In this document: in pieces, positions 52,905 to 64,000 of the stretch | Numbering within the stretch: the first letter of the stretch is position 1 | Layout: every line of letters starts with the position of its first letter | NCBI GenBank assembly: GCA_976551045.1 | Contig: CDPCPM010000060.1 | Location: 4,402,001 to 4,466,000 of the forward strand | DNA from: Glaucostegus cemiculus | Lineage: Eukaryota | DNA: 64,000 nucleotides | Direction: 5' to 3' | Position numbers and translations under genes: made by a program | Notes under the pieces: model-generated | The model's database searches: none | Seen by the model: the letters and a program-made list of their open reading frames with translations, nothing else | Told to the model about the DNA's origin: nothing

Positions 52905-53305
52905 TCAGTAATAGAAGAAGAAAAGGAGAATTAAATCGAGAAGCATGGAAAAGAAGAAAGACGGCAAGCAAGAAGGAAAGGACAACAGGAAAGGGGAATG
53001 GCAGAAAGAAGCCTAAAACATGAAGGAAAGGGAAGAAAAGTAGAAAGTAAGTATCATAAGTAGGGCTGTCAGTGAAGTATTTTCAACAATATTCACATTG
53101 GAAGGTAAGAAACAATGCATCTAATTTTCACGTATCAAGGTCCCACAAACACAATGTGGTGATTAGCTGAAAAAATGAAATAAAGGATGAAATATAGACA
53201 GAAAAGAATTGAAAAGGAGAAAGGAAAGAAAGATAATAAAAAGTGAGGAGGAGATGAGATAAAGGGAGAAAGAAAACAAGAAAGGGCAAAAGCAGGAAAG
53301 AACTG
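52905..53305. repeat. Purine-rich (GA) low-complexity tracts
   Basis: Runs such as GAAGAAGAAAAGGAGAA and GAAAGGAAAGAAAG; these account for the K/R-rich and F/S/L-rich spurious ORFs here. Confidence 0.8.
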
Positions 53306-53714
53306 AATGACATGTTCTCAAAAATTTGAATAATTTACTTGGCTTGAAACCACCATAATGCTTCCCTCCATTGTATGACCGATGTACAGTTGCATAACCC
53401 CACCCCAATGAAACAATTGGGTGAATAACCTTTGTTATTCAGTGTAATGAGAAAGAAGCATGAATGCAATAGCAGGAAGTGGGACTGAGACAAGTTGTGC
53501 TCTGTTTTGGCTAGTCTACTCTTTTTGTTTCATGTCAACATTCTTAAACCACTCATAGTGCCAGTTATCAGGCAACTGGGTGAATGAGAAAATAAATTCT
53601 CAGACACAGAAAGCTTAAAAAAAATGTATTTCAAATTTTTGGAGCTTAGAGATGAATTGGGCACAATAGCCAGTACCATGTGGAGCAAATTTTGCATGCC
53701 CTTTATTAATTCAT

Positions 53715-54060
53715 GTTGTCTAAGTCTTGCTGCATAAAGGCATGGACTGCTTCACATGTGGAGATATTGTAAATGGAATTACCTGTTGTACAAGCCACTT
53801 TTCTGACCTGGTAACAGAAGGACAGGTATTGATAATGCAGCTGAAGATCGTTGGGAGCTGGGCACTGGAGCTCCTGCTACAATGTCCAACAGCCACATCC
53901 ATATTCCTTTGTGTAAACCATGGCTCCAAACAGCTGAATACTTTCCCCTTGATGTCCATTGACATAAATTTTGCAAGTGCTCTTTGATGCCATGCTTAGT
54001 CAAATGCTACTTTAATGTCAAGAGTGCCACTCCTTACTTCAGCTCTGGAATTCATCCCTT
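53715..54060 (-). mobile_element. LINE RT fragment (CR1/L2 group)
   Basis: ORF 53720..53965 SMDIKGKVFSCLEPWFTQRNMDVAVG...PTIFSCIIN resembles GI.GK.L.WL..YL..R...V.V.G...P.IFS..IN. Confidence 0.65.
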
Positions 54061-54889
54061 TTGGTGTATGGAAGAGTAGCAAAGAATGTTCAAGCCAAAT
54101 AGTCACCTTGCTTAGTGCTAGATCATAATACATTAACCATCTACCAAACAGAAGCAGCATGGTGCGTTAGTGTGATTCATAAGTTTACAGAATAGTCCTC
54201 ACTCAGTGCAGGTTTGCTGAACAAAGAGCAATGAAATTCCAATACCTGACTGTCAAATTGAAGTTATTTTCAGTGACCAATTATATGGTGTAGAAAAACT
54301 GCTATGGAAGATCATCAATTTACAGCATGCTGTTTATCACCCTCGGAACCGAGAGGAAAAGGATTATTTCCTTTTATGATATCATCACAGAAAGGTCACA
54401 TTATGATGTCACTAGCAATGGTTTATTCATTAGACTAAATAGAAGTTTAAAGTTGATTAATTAAATTAATTTGATAATTCATTCATGTTTTGATTTCACC
54501 AGATTAAGAGGAACAAAGGTTTCAGGGAGCTACTTCAATAGTGAAACATTGGAGTGCAAGAACTTCTTAAAATATCTTTAATGACTCTATTCGAACATAA
54601 ATCAGACAGGCATTTTAAAGGTGAATAGAGACAATTTATATTTTGGCCAACACTAATTCAACCACTGCAGTAAGTGTCCAGCAGATGTCACTGCATACCC
54701 TTCAGCATACCCTAAAGGCAGAGCCAAACACTTTACAGTTCACAGGATGAACTGTGGAACACTCTCCTCAGTCTCAGCTGCCCACAGAAATTCATTTCCA
54801 TTTTACATTTCTTCATGAAGGTATTGTCCCAACCATACAAGCTATTATCCTAACTTATATAGTTATATAACTATGCAAGCTATTATCCT

Positions 54890-56490
54890 AACTAATGGGT
54901 CTGCAACAGAGTCAATCTCCTTGAAGGCCTCTGTTAAATAAAGATACATCATTGCCTGCCACTATTTTTTCAATGTTTCTTGTCACAATGCTGCATCTTA
55001 ACTTCAACAGTCTTCCTGTAGGAGTGCAGTTAATCTTCAGAAATAATGGGAAACCATTCAAACCTCATCAACAAAACTCCAGAACCAAGATCACCCCGAC
55101 CACAGTGACCAAGCTGCAGTGCGCAGTGTCCTCAGAGGCAGAGCTTGGGTTCATATTCAACTCCTTTACTAGAGCATAAGAGAAAATGGGCCTTGCACTC
55201 AACATCTACAAGACAAAGGTCCTCAATCAATTTACCCTGTTGCTCTACTCCACTCTTGGACATGACGTTTCACAAAAAAATGGACATCAGGAGCCATCTT
55301 TCACCAAAGGCAGACCTTGATGATGAAGTTCAACACTGCCTTCAATTCTCCTACATGTGCTTTAGTGAACTGAGGAAAAGGTTATTTGACCTGGTAGAAA
55401 ATTTATGGTCTCCAAGGCAGGAGTGATCCCTGCCCTCTTGTATGCTTTTGAAAACTGGGCCACCAACAGTAAACACCAGAAGGTTACCAGAAAGATGTAA
55501 GGTGGAGAGCATTCTGATTAGTTGTATCACTGCCTGGTATGGAGGCTCCAATACGCAGGATCGAGAGAGGCTGCAGAGGGTTGTAGTCTCAACCAGTTCC
55601 ATCACAGGCACAATTCTCTCTGCCATCAAGGACATCTTCAAGAGGTAGTGCCTCAAGAAAGTGGCATCTATCACTAAGGACCCTCACCATCTGGAACATG
55701 CCCTATTCACATTACTACCATTGGGGAGGAGGTACAGGAGTCTGAAGACTTACACTCAACGTTTCAAGAACAGATTTTTCCCCTCTGTCATCAGGTTTCT
55801 GAATGGTCCATGAACACTACATTATTATTCCTCATTTGCACTACTTATTTATTTTTGTATTTTATAGTAATTTTTATGTTTTGCACCATATTGCTGCTGC
55901 AAAACAAGAAATTTCACGGCATACATCAGTGATAATAAACCTGATTCTAATTCAATGCTGTTTGTAAAATCCTTCAAATTTATTGGAAGGGTAATCGAAC
56001 CAGCTTCAGAGTCCTTTTCCAGACTAATATCCCCAGTACTGAGGCCTTAGCTGCACTCAGTTGACAAGGTTAGGTTGAACACTTTACGCCTGGCACCAGA
56101 CACCTGAAATAGACATTGTATTCCAAGTTCTGTCACAGGAAGAGATTACCAGACAGACAGAAGAAAAGATTCACGAACGTGTTTAAAGCCTCCTTGAATT
56201 AATGCAACATTTCTATTGGCTCATGGGGATATCTGGTCCACCACTGCTCAAAGTGGAGAAGGAACATTCAGAACGGTATTGAGGACCTCGGGGTTATGCA
56301 TTAGGAATACACAGAAGCCCTACGTAAAGGGTGAAGGGAGCACATCACATCACAAGCTTTCTACCTTCTCCATCAGACACCTCCTGCCCCATTTGTGGAA
56401 GAGTCTGCAGTCTCATATTGGCCTCATCAGTCACAACAGAACTCTGAAATCCAGAGCAAGCAAGTCATCCTCGACCCTCAGGATGAAAAA
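54890..56490 (+). mobile_element. RTE LINE 3' part, split by a Rex1 insertion
   Basis: IFSMFL, GVQLIFRNNGK, MGLALNIYKTKVL, SHLSPKADLDDEVQH and IPALLYAFENW precede the insertion; KILQIYW...SVLFQTNIPS resumes after about 55953; the 3' end has HIGLISH. Confidence 0.85.
55495..55953 (+). mobile_element. Rex1/Babar LINE 3' fragment nested in the RTE
   Basis: RCKVESILISCITAWYG...ERLQRVV, then KDPHHLEHALFTLLPLGRRYRSLK; tail GTGATAATAAACCTGATTCTAATTC. Confidence 0.92.
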
Positions 56491-56759
56491 TGGACCAAAG
56501 ATCATTTGGGCATCTCAATTAAGATGTGTAATCACAAGGAATATATTGCTGCCTTTACTCTGAAACTCTACTGCATTCATGACCTACCTAATTTTCCACA
56601 ATGATTAAATATTCAGAGACTGAAATTATCTCCATAAGACTTTTAAGTCAGATTTATAATTTTAATGGAACATAGATCTATTGCACGGAGTACATTCTTC
56701 TCACAGCATTTCTGAAACTCAGTGAATTAGCAACTACTTATTTGTATGGAAATATTTTA

Positions 56760-57440
56760 AATAGATTTCTACTCAAATTTAGTTCAGATGTTTGCACAAA
56801 TTCTTTACAAGCTCCCACTCAGTTTTTATGCAGATCTTAATTCAAATGCTACTCAGATCTCTGCACATATTCATCAAAGACCTTTATATGCAAAAATTGC
56901 ACATGTTCTGCACATGCTCTATACGGATTCAACACAGAGTTTATCAAAATACAGAGCAATTTTCTGTACAAATTCCACACAGGATTCTACACATATGTCT
57001 GTACAAAAACTACGCAGACCTCTACATAAATCCTACATGGATTTCTGCAAAAATTCTAAATTTAGTTTTTTCTACATAAATTCCACACACACTTCTATAA
57101 AAATTTTACATATGCCTTTTTCTAAATTCTACAAAGGCTTGCAGACAAATTCTACACAGACATCTAACTAAGTTCAAAAAGGACATTTGCACAATTTCTA
57201 CACAGACTTCTATATAAATCGACATATACTTCCATACAAATTCTTCTTGGACTTCTGTTCAAATTCAGAGTTCTATATAAATCTTGCACAGAATTCAGCA
57301 AATATCGTATACTGACTTCTTAACATATTCGTATAGACTTGTACACAGATTCTGCTCAAACGCTTTTGCATATTGCAAGATCAGCTAAATGTCATGATAG
57401 AATACAGCACAATTTCAAAACAAACTTTGGCATAAATTCT
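56760..57440. repeat. Degenerate minisatellite, ~21-bp unit (ACAAATTCTACACAGACTTCT-like)
   Basis: Repeated variants such as ACAAATTCCACACAGGATTCT, ACAAATTCTACACAGACATCT and ACAATTTCTACACAGACTTCT. Confidence 0.8.
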
Positions 57441-58142
57441 AAACACTCCTGTATACGACCTTTTACAGAACAAGAAAGCGCCAGAAGTGTTGTATAAATG
57501 AATAAACAAGATGAGAATTACAAAGGGAAGAAAGGTCCTTCAGAGGCCAGGAATGAAACCTGTAATATGGAGAAGGTGGGAGACATGAGCCTAACTCAGA
57601 ATGAATACTTCACAGAAGATGTGGTCAGCACAGGCATTGTAGTTAAAGAGGAAGCATACAAAATATTAGATATGATAATAACAAGCAGGAAATGTTATCA
57701 TGTTTAGTGGTGTTAAAGGCTGAAAAATTGCTAGGTGTGATTAACTTTAAATATTAAGGCAAACAAGTGCAGAAATAGCATAGACTCTGATGATCGTTAT
57801 TCAACCCTTCTGGCTACATGCATGTCACTAGATGACTGGTAGGGTGTTACATAAGAATACAAACACATTTAAAATAGATGTCATAGTAACTCAGTAAGAT
57901 CATGGATGATCTTTTACCTCGGTGCCATTTTAACCACACAATCCTCACTTCTCCTAATATATTAAATCTATTGATAGGAGAATACAGACACACTGAGTGA
58001 TTTGAGTTTCCACTGCACTCCTGGGTAAAGGCTGCCGAAGATTTACTTCCCTTTGGGTGAAGAAATTCCTTCCCATCTCAGTCCTGAAAAGTGTTGGCAG
58101 TAGTTGAATCGGAAACTTAGAGAAACCACTCTCCAGGATTTC

Positions 58143-58420
58143 AGGTACTTGGGTTGCTGCTATACCTCCTTCATACAGTATTATTCCATGCAAAATGATC
58201 CATTCAATACTCCAAGCATATTAAAAATTGGGTGCTCAAAGGCTACACACTGAAAACATGGGCCATTTCTTGGGTGAGGATGCCAATCAATGAAGTACAA
58301 GGGCACTACAACCTGGCACGTAGGAGGTCATTGATCAACTCTTTAGATGTCTTAGCCACTCCAAAGGGGCATTTTAATATCTACTTGCCTGCATCACAAG
58401 GACTGTCTGTTTTATACTCT
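58143..58420 (+). mobile_element. PIF/Harbinger transposase remnant
   Basis: Translated pieces RYLGCCYTSFI, KGYTLKTWAISWVRMPINEVQGHYN and FRCLSHSKGAF*Y parallel the HARBI1-type motifs RYPGSCHDSFI, DKGYPL..WL.TP.R.P....E..YN and FRCLD.SGGALQY, in the correct order. Confidence 0.7.
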
Positions 58421-59399
58421 GCAGCAAGGGATGCACAAACATGTGTGAAGATTTGTGTCTTCTAAGCTGGGATTTCTGTCCTTAGCTTTTAGCCAATGTA
58501 TGTGACTACTTTGTCCCAACAGAGATGTTTCTCAGAGGTACCATGTCAGTTGAGATTTACTCCCTTTGTAAATGTGCAGTTCAATGGAACCATACGTCTG
58601 CACCCAAAATATCAAAGTAAACTATGTCACTGTAACTACTGAAATTGCACCCAAGCACCTGCTGTTATTATTTTCTTAAGAGTATAAAAGCTCAATGAGG
58701 GATTCTCCCAGGAGAGAGTCTTCCACCAGGTCTCCTCCTGAATGTCTGCTTGTGACATTCTGCAGCTCCAGGTTCTGTGTGGCTGCTCCACAGTCACAAC
58801 AAATCCATAAGTCATTGTTCAAATCCCATTGCTCATAATCAATCCCTGTGCTTCCATTCTACCCAGGTTGAAAAAACTGCAACATTCAAAAGTGTGTAAT
58901 TGCCACAGACTACAAAATAATATCAGTTACTTTTAGCTGAGTGCAAATGATGAAAACATAAGACACTTGTGTGAAACACTTGTGCCAACCTATGTATCAC
59001 AACAGTTCTTTGATTTTTCCCTAATATTCCCAACTAATGTAATCTCTGCAGCATCAGCAGAGGTAAAACTGGGCTGTGTGGATTGAAGTTGAGATGTTCT
59101 TAGGTGATATCCTCTGGATTTTGTAGCTACAAGAGCCCTGTTATAGACTCTGTGACCTGCGCCTCTACAGGGTCAGCTTTGACCACTGAGACACTGGGTA
59201 GCATGTGGGATTCTGACTGAGTAAGGTATCAGAGGGTCAGGTGGTGAAGGGTAAGGATTACAATGGCTGTAAAGACTTGGACTCATGACTACCATGGTTT
59301 CTGTCAACACTACCTCTTTTATGATCATTGTTCTCTGCTAACAATTGTTTTTCTCTTATTTAAGGAATGGCATGTATTCATGAGTTTAGTTACTGTCAG

Positions 59400-59830
59400 A
59401 GAATCCTTGACAAGTCCCTGCAGTGCATTTTGCAGATGGCACAGGCTGCAGCCTTGCTGCACAGGTGAAGAAGGACCGAAGGTTGAGAGTGGATGAGAAG
59501 ATTCTAATCAGACAACTTTTTAGCCCTGGACAGAACTATGCCTTCTGACTAGTGTAGGAGAGGCACTAATTTGGATAATTCACCACAGTTTTGACTGTTG
59601 CTTTGTAGATGGTGGAAAAGCTTTGGGGTATCAAAATGTGAGCCATGCACTAAAGAATCCAGACTCTGACCTGCTTTGGCTGAGACAGTGTTTATATGGC
59701 CGTTCCAGTTAGGTTTCTGCTCCACTATTACCCACACAATCCTGATGGGAGGCTTGGGGTTGGTTATTGAATGTCATGAGGAGATGGTTACACTCTCAAT
59801 TGTCGAAGATGACCGATGTCTAGATGACAC
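59400..59830 (-). mobile_element. LINE RT C-terminal fragment (same family as 16675-17190)
   Basis: ORF 59549..59737 EQKPNWNGHINTVSAKAGQSL resembles DQKLNWTSHINTVATRAGQRL. Confidence 0.7.
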
Positions 59831-60229
59831 AAAAGTTACTTGGCACTAATCAGCCCTTGCCTCAGTGTTGTCCAGGTCTAACTGCAGGCAAGCTTGACCT
59901 TTGCAGAGCATGGGAAAACCACCAGCATTCACATCACTTCTCCTCAAAACTGACAGCAACAAATCTAGAAATCTGGAAGAAAAATAAAAGAGTCTGGGCC
60001 AGGCAACGAGAGATGCTGTGGGTTGACCATATCCATAATGCCTGGTTTCTTCGTGGAGTTCATTGAGGGAGCAGAGCCTGAATAAGTTGCTCAAAACTTG
60101 TATTATGAACTAGCCAAAGAATTCTGTGCCTGGTTTGAGGAGCTGTTTTTAATGGAAGTGAATGGCCGGGAGAGTCTCAGAAAGGATTTTGGTAATTTAG
60201 TATTTCAGGTAGAGGACCAGTTTTAAAAT

Positions 60230-60480
60230 ATTTTAAATTGTTCCAAAAACTTCTTTTAAATCTCTAAAGGATTGTTAATGTTGATTTCTGTAAGTGTTTA
60301 AAGGTGTTCAGAAGTGTTTAAAAGGTGTTAGAAAATGTGTTTAAATTGAAGGTGTCTATAATTGTTTAAATTGTTTAAAAGTGGATTAAAGTACTTAAAG
60401 ATGTTTGAAGTTGTTCAAATGTGTTTAAAATATGTAGAAGTATTTCAAGATTTAAACTTATTGAGTATTTTAACATTTAA
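60230..60480. repeat. Degenerate ~10-bp tandem array (GTGTTTAAAG-like)
   Basis: GTGTTTAAAG GTGTTCAGAA GTGTTTAAAAG GTGTTAGAAAAT GTGTTTAAAT and further variants. Confidence 0.7.
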
Positions 60481-60719
60481 CGTTCTGGTTTATGAATGGC
60501 TCAGAAATATCCTATGCCTTAAAAGATTTAAGACATTGATTCGGCAAAGTCTTGCAACATGATTTAACCACCTGATATGGTTTTCTCATTTTGAGGGCAG
60601 GGCTAGTTTTAGCCACTCTGCATTACACCCCCAGTATAGGAAAAGACATATCACAGAGGATGAATTTTTGGGAGGATCATGAAAGGTACGTCATTTAATT
60701 TACCAAGATCGGAAGTGGC

Positions 60720-60915
60720 CACTGCCAGCTCACCACTGAACACAACATTGAGCCCATTATTTGAGTTGTACAATCATCAGCAAATATTCCCCACATCTGA
60801 CCTTCGATAATGCAGCTGAAGAAGACTGAGTCTAGGACAATGCCCTGAAGAACTCCTGCTATGATATGCTGGGATTGAGGTGATTGGTTTCTAACAACCA
60901 CAAACAACTTCCTTT
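60720..60915 (-). mobile_element. LINE RT core fragment
   Basis: ORF 60695..60907 VVVRNQSPQSQHIIAGVLQGIVLDSVFFSCII...IFADDCT contains the GVPQG and FADD motifs. Confidence 0.8.
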
Positions 60916-62375
60916 CTGTTATGTCTTCAACTGAGTGGCAATAAGCTGCTCAGCACTTTGTTACAGGTCACTAGAGTGCTGAATGTGCAAGGCTCTTCTA
61001 TTCAAATTGGCATCCATGACAATGCTAGCCCTTGGCAAGAGCCTCCATTGACTCACGTAATAGCTGCATTTGATGTTCCATGGTGGTAACATCATCGTAA
61101 CAGCAAGAGATATGATGCTTCTCATGCTTGAAATAATTTTTCTATCCTATCTCTGATAGTGCTTTATGTGGTGGGAGATCTGCAGGCAACTCACACATCC
61201 TATCCTATTTCTCTAGATGTATTCTGTTGTTTGACACCCCAGAATATGCTTTGAAGGTCCTGTAGCCTCAAATGAAGGTATCCCTGTGTTGTTCTTATCT
61301 CCAGCATCCACTCCTGCTCACTTGTGATGTGTGAGGTATCACTGCAAACACAGACATTTGTCCTACCTTCACAATCAAAGTGTGACTATCCACATAGGTA
61401 GATGAAATTCCTGAGTCTTGTGCCAGTGGCCTTCTGTGAGAAAGAATAGATGCATGACCCCCCTTCACTTGTCGCTGCTATGTGCAAGACATCTGGACGA
61501 GATAGAATTCTGACATCAAGTAATCATGAGACTGTCATCTAGCCATGTGTTCTGATATCCGAGTTATCTCCAGGATTGCTTCCAAAGCAGTTGTCAGGTA
61601 GAGGATACTTCCTTCTCTCTTCATTCTCTGCCTTGAGCTGGTCTTCTGCTACCTCTTCCCTGATAAGTCTGATGAAATGACTATTCTGCAACAGGTTTGA
61701 TGGATGGATGGAAGCAGAATGTTTGACGTTGAAAATAAAGAAGAGCGTGATTCTGCAATAAAGATGAGGTTGGATACCTCTGATAGCTCCGCAGGTTAGG
61801 AGGTGACAAAGAACAGAGACAGAGAAGTATGTGTCACCCAGATGTTGGTTTGAACACTGACATTCTGCAGTAGTGTTAAGAGGGCAAAGGGAGAGCACTG
61901 GAGGGTACAGATGAATGTGCTACAGCATTTTCCTTTCCTGATCTGATGAGGTTACTATACCGCTTATGGCATTCAATCCAGGAGTGTGCCCCACACACCC
62001 TGCTGACCTTAGCAGCAACCTCCGGCCTTGCAATCTTGATGGTGTTCTTTGAGTATTCTTATTCACCTCCTTACAAATCATCTAATCAGGGATCAGTGAG
62101 TTGGGGGACGGGAGGGGATGTGGGTGGTTGTTTGAGACATCCCAAGCACTCCCACTACCCATTTTCCTCTGCAGCTTCAGCAGCTCCAGAGTGCATTACA
62201 CGTACCGTTTGCACTGTGCCTATAAATACCCAAACTGAGATTTATGCATGTGCATAATGATCAAGCCCAGTCTGCCTTTCTGCTCAAGGAACCCAGGGTC
62301 AAAATGTGGAAGCCACCCCGACACATGCTGTCAATTAGAGCAGATCACCTGTCTGCTGCGGAACACATCTGATTT

Positions 62376-63547
62376 CTCACTTGCAGGCCGCAGTCAGTCA
62401 GAATTGGTGAAAACACCTCAAGCACCATCACACTGAGCACTGGGTCCCCACAGGGTTGTGTGCTCAGTCCGCTCCTGTTCACCTTGTTGACTCACGACTG
62501 TGAGGCCAGATCCAGCTCCAACCGCATTGTCAAATTCGCCGATGACACAACAGTGGTGGGTCTTGTCATGGATGACGATGAGTCGGACTACAGAGAGGAG
62601 GTGAAACAACTAGCTGTGTGGTGCTGTGACAACAACCTCTCCTTGAATGTGGATAAAACCAAGGAGATGATAGTGGATTTTAGGAGGGGTCACCGTGTGC
62701 ACGCCCCGCTGACCCATCAACGGGGCTGCTGTGGAACAAGTACGCAGCACCAAGTTCCTGGGGGTGCACATCACCGACGACCTGACCTGGTCCACTAATA
62801 TTACGGCCCTCACGAAGAAAGCTCAGAAACGCCTCTACTTCCTGCGGAGACTGAGGAAAGCAAACTCCCATCCCTCCGTTATGAAAACTTTCTATAGAGG
62901 GACCATTGAGAGCATCCTAACCCAATGTATCACTGTTTGGTTTGGAAGCTGCTCAGCTGCTGGGCAGAAGTCCCTCCAGAGGATAGTTAGGGCTGCAGAG
63001 AGGATCATAGGTGTCTCTCTTCCATCCCTCGCAGATATATACAAGGACCATTGTGTGAGGAAGACCAAAAGCATAATGGCCGACCCTTCTCACCCCTCCC
63101 ATCATCTCTTTACAATTTTGCCATCGGGGAGGAGGCTTAAATGTATCAGGGCAAGAACGACCAGGCTGAACAATAGCTTCTTTCCGCAAGCCATCAGAAC
63201 TGCAAACTCTCTTATCCCTCCATCTTCCTTGTTAACACTAAGAGATGCTAGGTGCACAGAAATGCACCAGCACTTTAAATGCCCGACACCAGCCCGTTCA
63301 CTTTAATAACTACTTATTTATTTACCGGCCATTTTTAATTTAATCTGCATATTAATTTAATTTTAACTTCCGTAGTTTTTAATATTTAATGTTTTTTAAT
63401 GTTTATTTTGTTAAGTGTGTCTGTGTGTCTCTGTTGGTTGTTATTTAATGGGACAAGCACCTGGGGAGGACGGTATCTCGCTCCTATGCATACTATGTAT
63501 GTATATGGTTGTGACAATAAAACTGATTCTGATTCTGATTCTGATTT
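62376..63547 (+). mobile_element. Young 5'-truncated Rex1/Babar-clade LINE (RT C-terminal half, 3'UTR, (ATTCTG)n tail)
   Basis: Reads RPQSVRIGENTSSTITLSTGSPQGCVLSPLLF...KFADDTTVVGL...LNVDKTKEMIVDFRR; one extra C at about 62714 (GACCCATC); then KFLGVHITDDLTWS...KKAQKRLYFLRRL...SFFPQAIR to TAA at 63306. CpGs are retained; AATAAAA is followed by (CTGATT)n. Confidence 0.95.
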
Positions 63548-64000
63548 GAGAGTCACAAATTTAAAGTCCTCCTCTACAAATATTCTCCAAGGCTGACAAT
63601 GTTACTCATGGTTTCTGGATGCTGTGGGTCAGCCAACTATCTAGATTTTGTCATTTTTTTTCCCATGGATTCCAAATTTCTTCATTTTTAGTAGCAGTGC
63701 ATTGGTCCAAGAAAACCATACCCATTGACCAAACATTATCAAGCTCCTTTGCCACATCTCAAAGGAAACAAAACATGACCTTCCCCATTATGAAACCATG
63801 TTGGCTACCTTTTAATATTTTTGCTTTATACATATGCTTTATGATCTTTAACGTAAGTTTCCATAGCTTCATGCATAGTGATCAGACTCAATGATCTATA
63901 ATTTCCTATATCACTTCTGTACCTTTTTTTAAAACATAGGAATAACATCTGCCTTCTTCCTGTCCCCAGACACTAATCCAGTATTCAGTGACTTCTCAAA

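Noticed and set aside
52823-53408. Basic K/R-rich and hydrophobic F/L-rich small proteins
   Set aside because: Translation artefacts of purine-rich low-complexity DNA.
56788-57171. Repeat-protein CDS or CRISPR-like array
   Set aside because: Degenerate tandem units with no unique spacers and no cas genes, in vertebrate-type DNA; the ORF follows from repeat composition.
60940-62340. Harbinger-related coding remnant
   Set aside because: The composition is suggestive, but I could not read ordered transposase motifs with confidence.
62731-63306. 191-aa ORF as a host gene
   Set aside because: It is the post-frameshift C-terminal part of the Rex1-like RT ORF in a 5'-truncated element.

Overview
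This is AT-rich, CpG-depleted vertebrate DNA that looks intronic or intergenic. Its repeat content (Penelope-like fold-back elements, V-SINE and Deu-domain SINEs, CR1, L2, Rex1/Babar, RTE, Tx1 and Harbinger remnants) resembles cartilaginous fish genomes; that assignment is inferred from repeat motifs I recognise, not from a search. I recognise no host protein-coding gene, RNA gene or CRISPR array. Almost all listed ORFs are chance ORFs or decayed transposon fragments. The clearest elements are a young 5'-truncated Rex1-like LINE (62376-63547, one frameshift, (ATTCTG)n tail), a second 3'-end copy of the same subfamily (20888-21242), a decayed near-complete Tx1/L1-clade ORF2 (about 35720-38640), a Rex1 fragment nested in an RTE, and a 424-bp local duplication. 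The best non-repeat lead is a frame-preserving 126-nt minus-strand exon candidate (25263-25388). I found no convincing new biological system. Boundaries of old repeats are approximate, and family names come from motif recognition.
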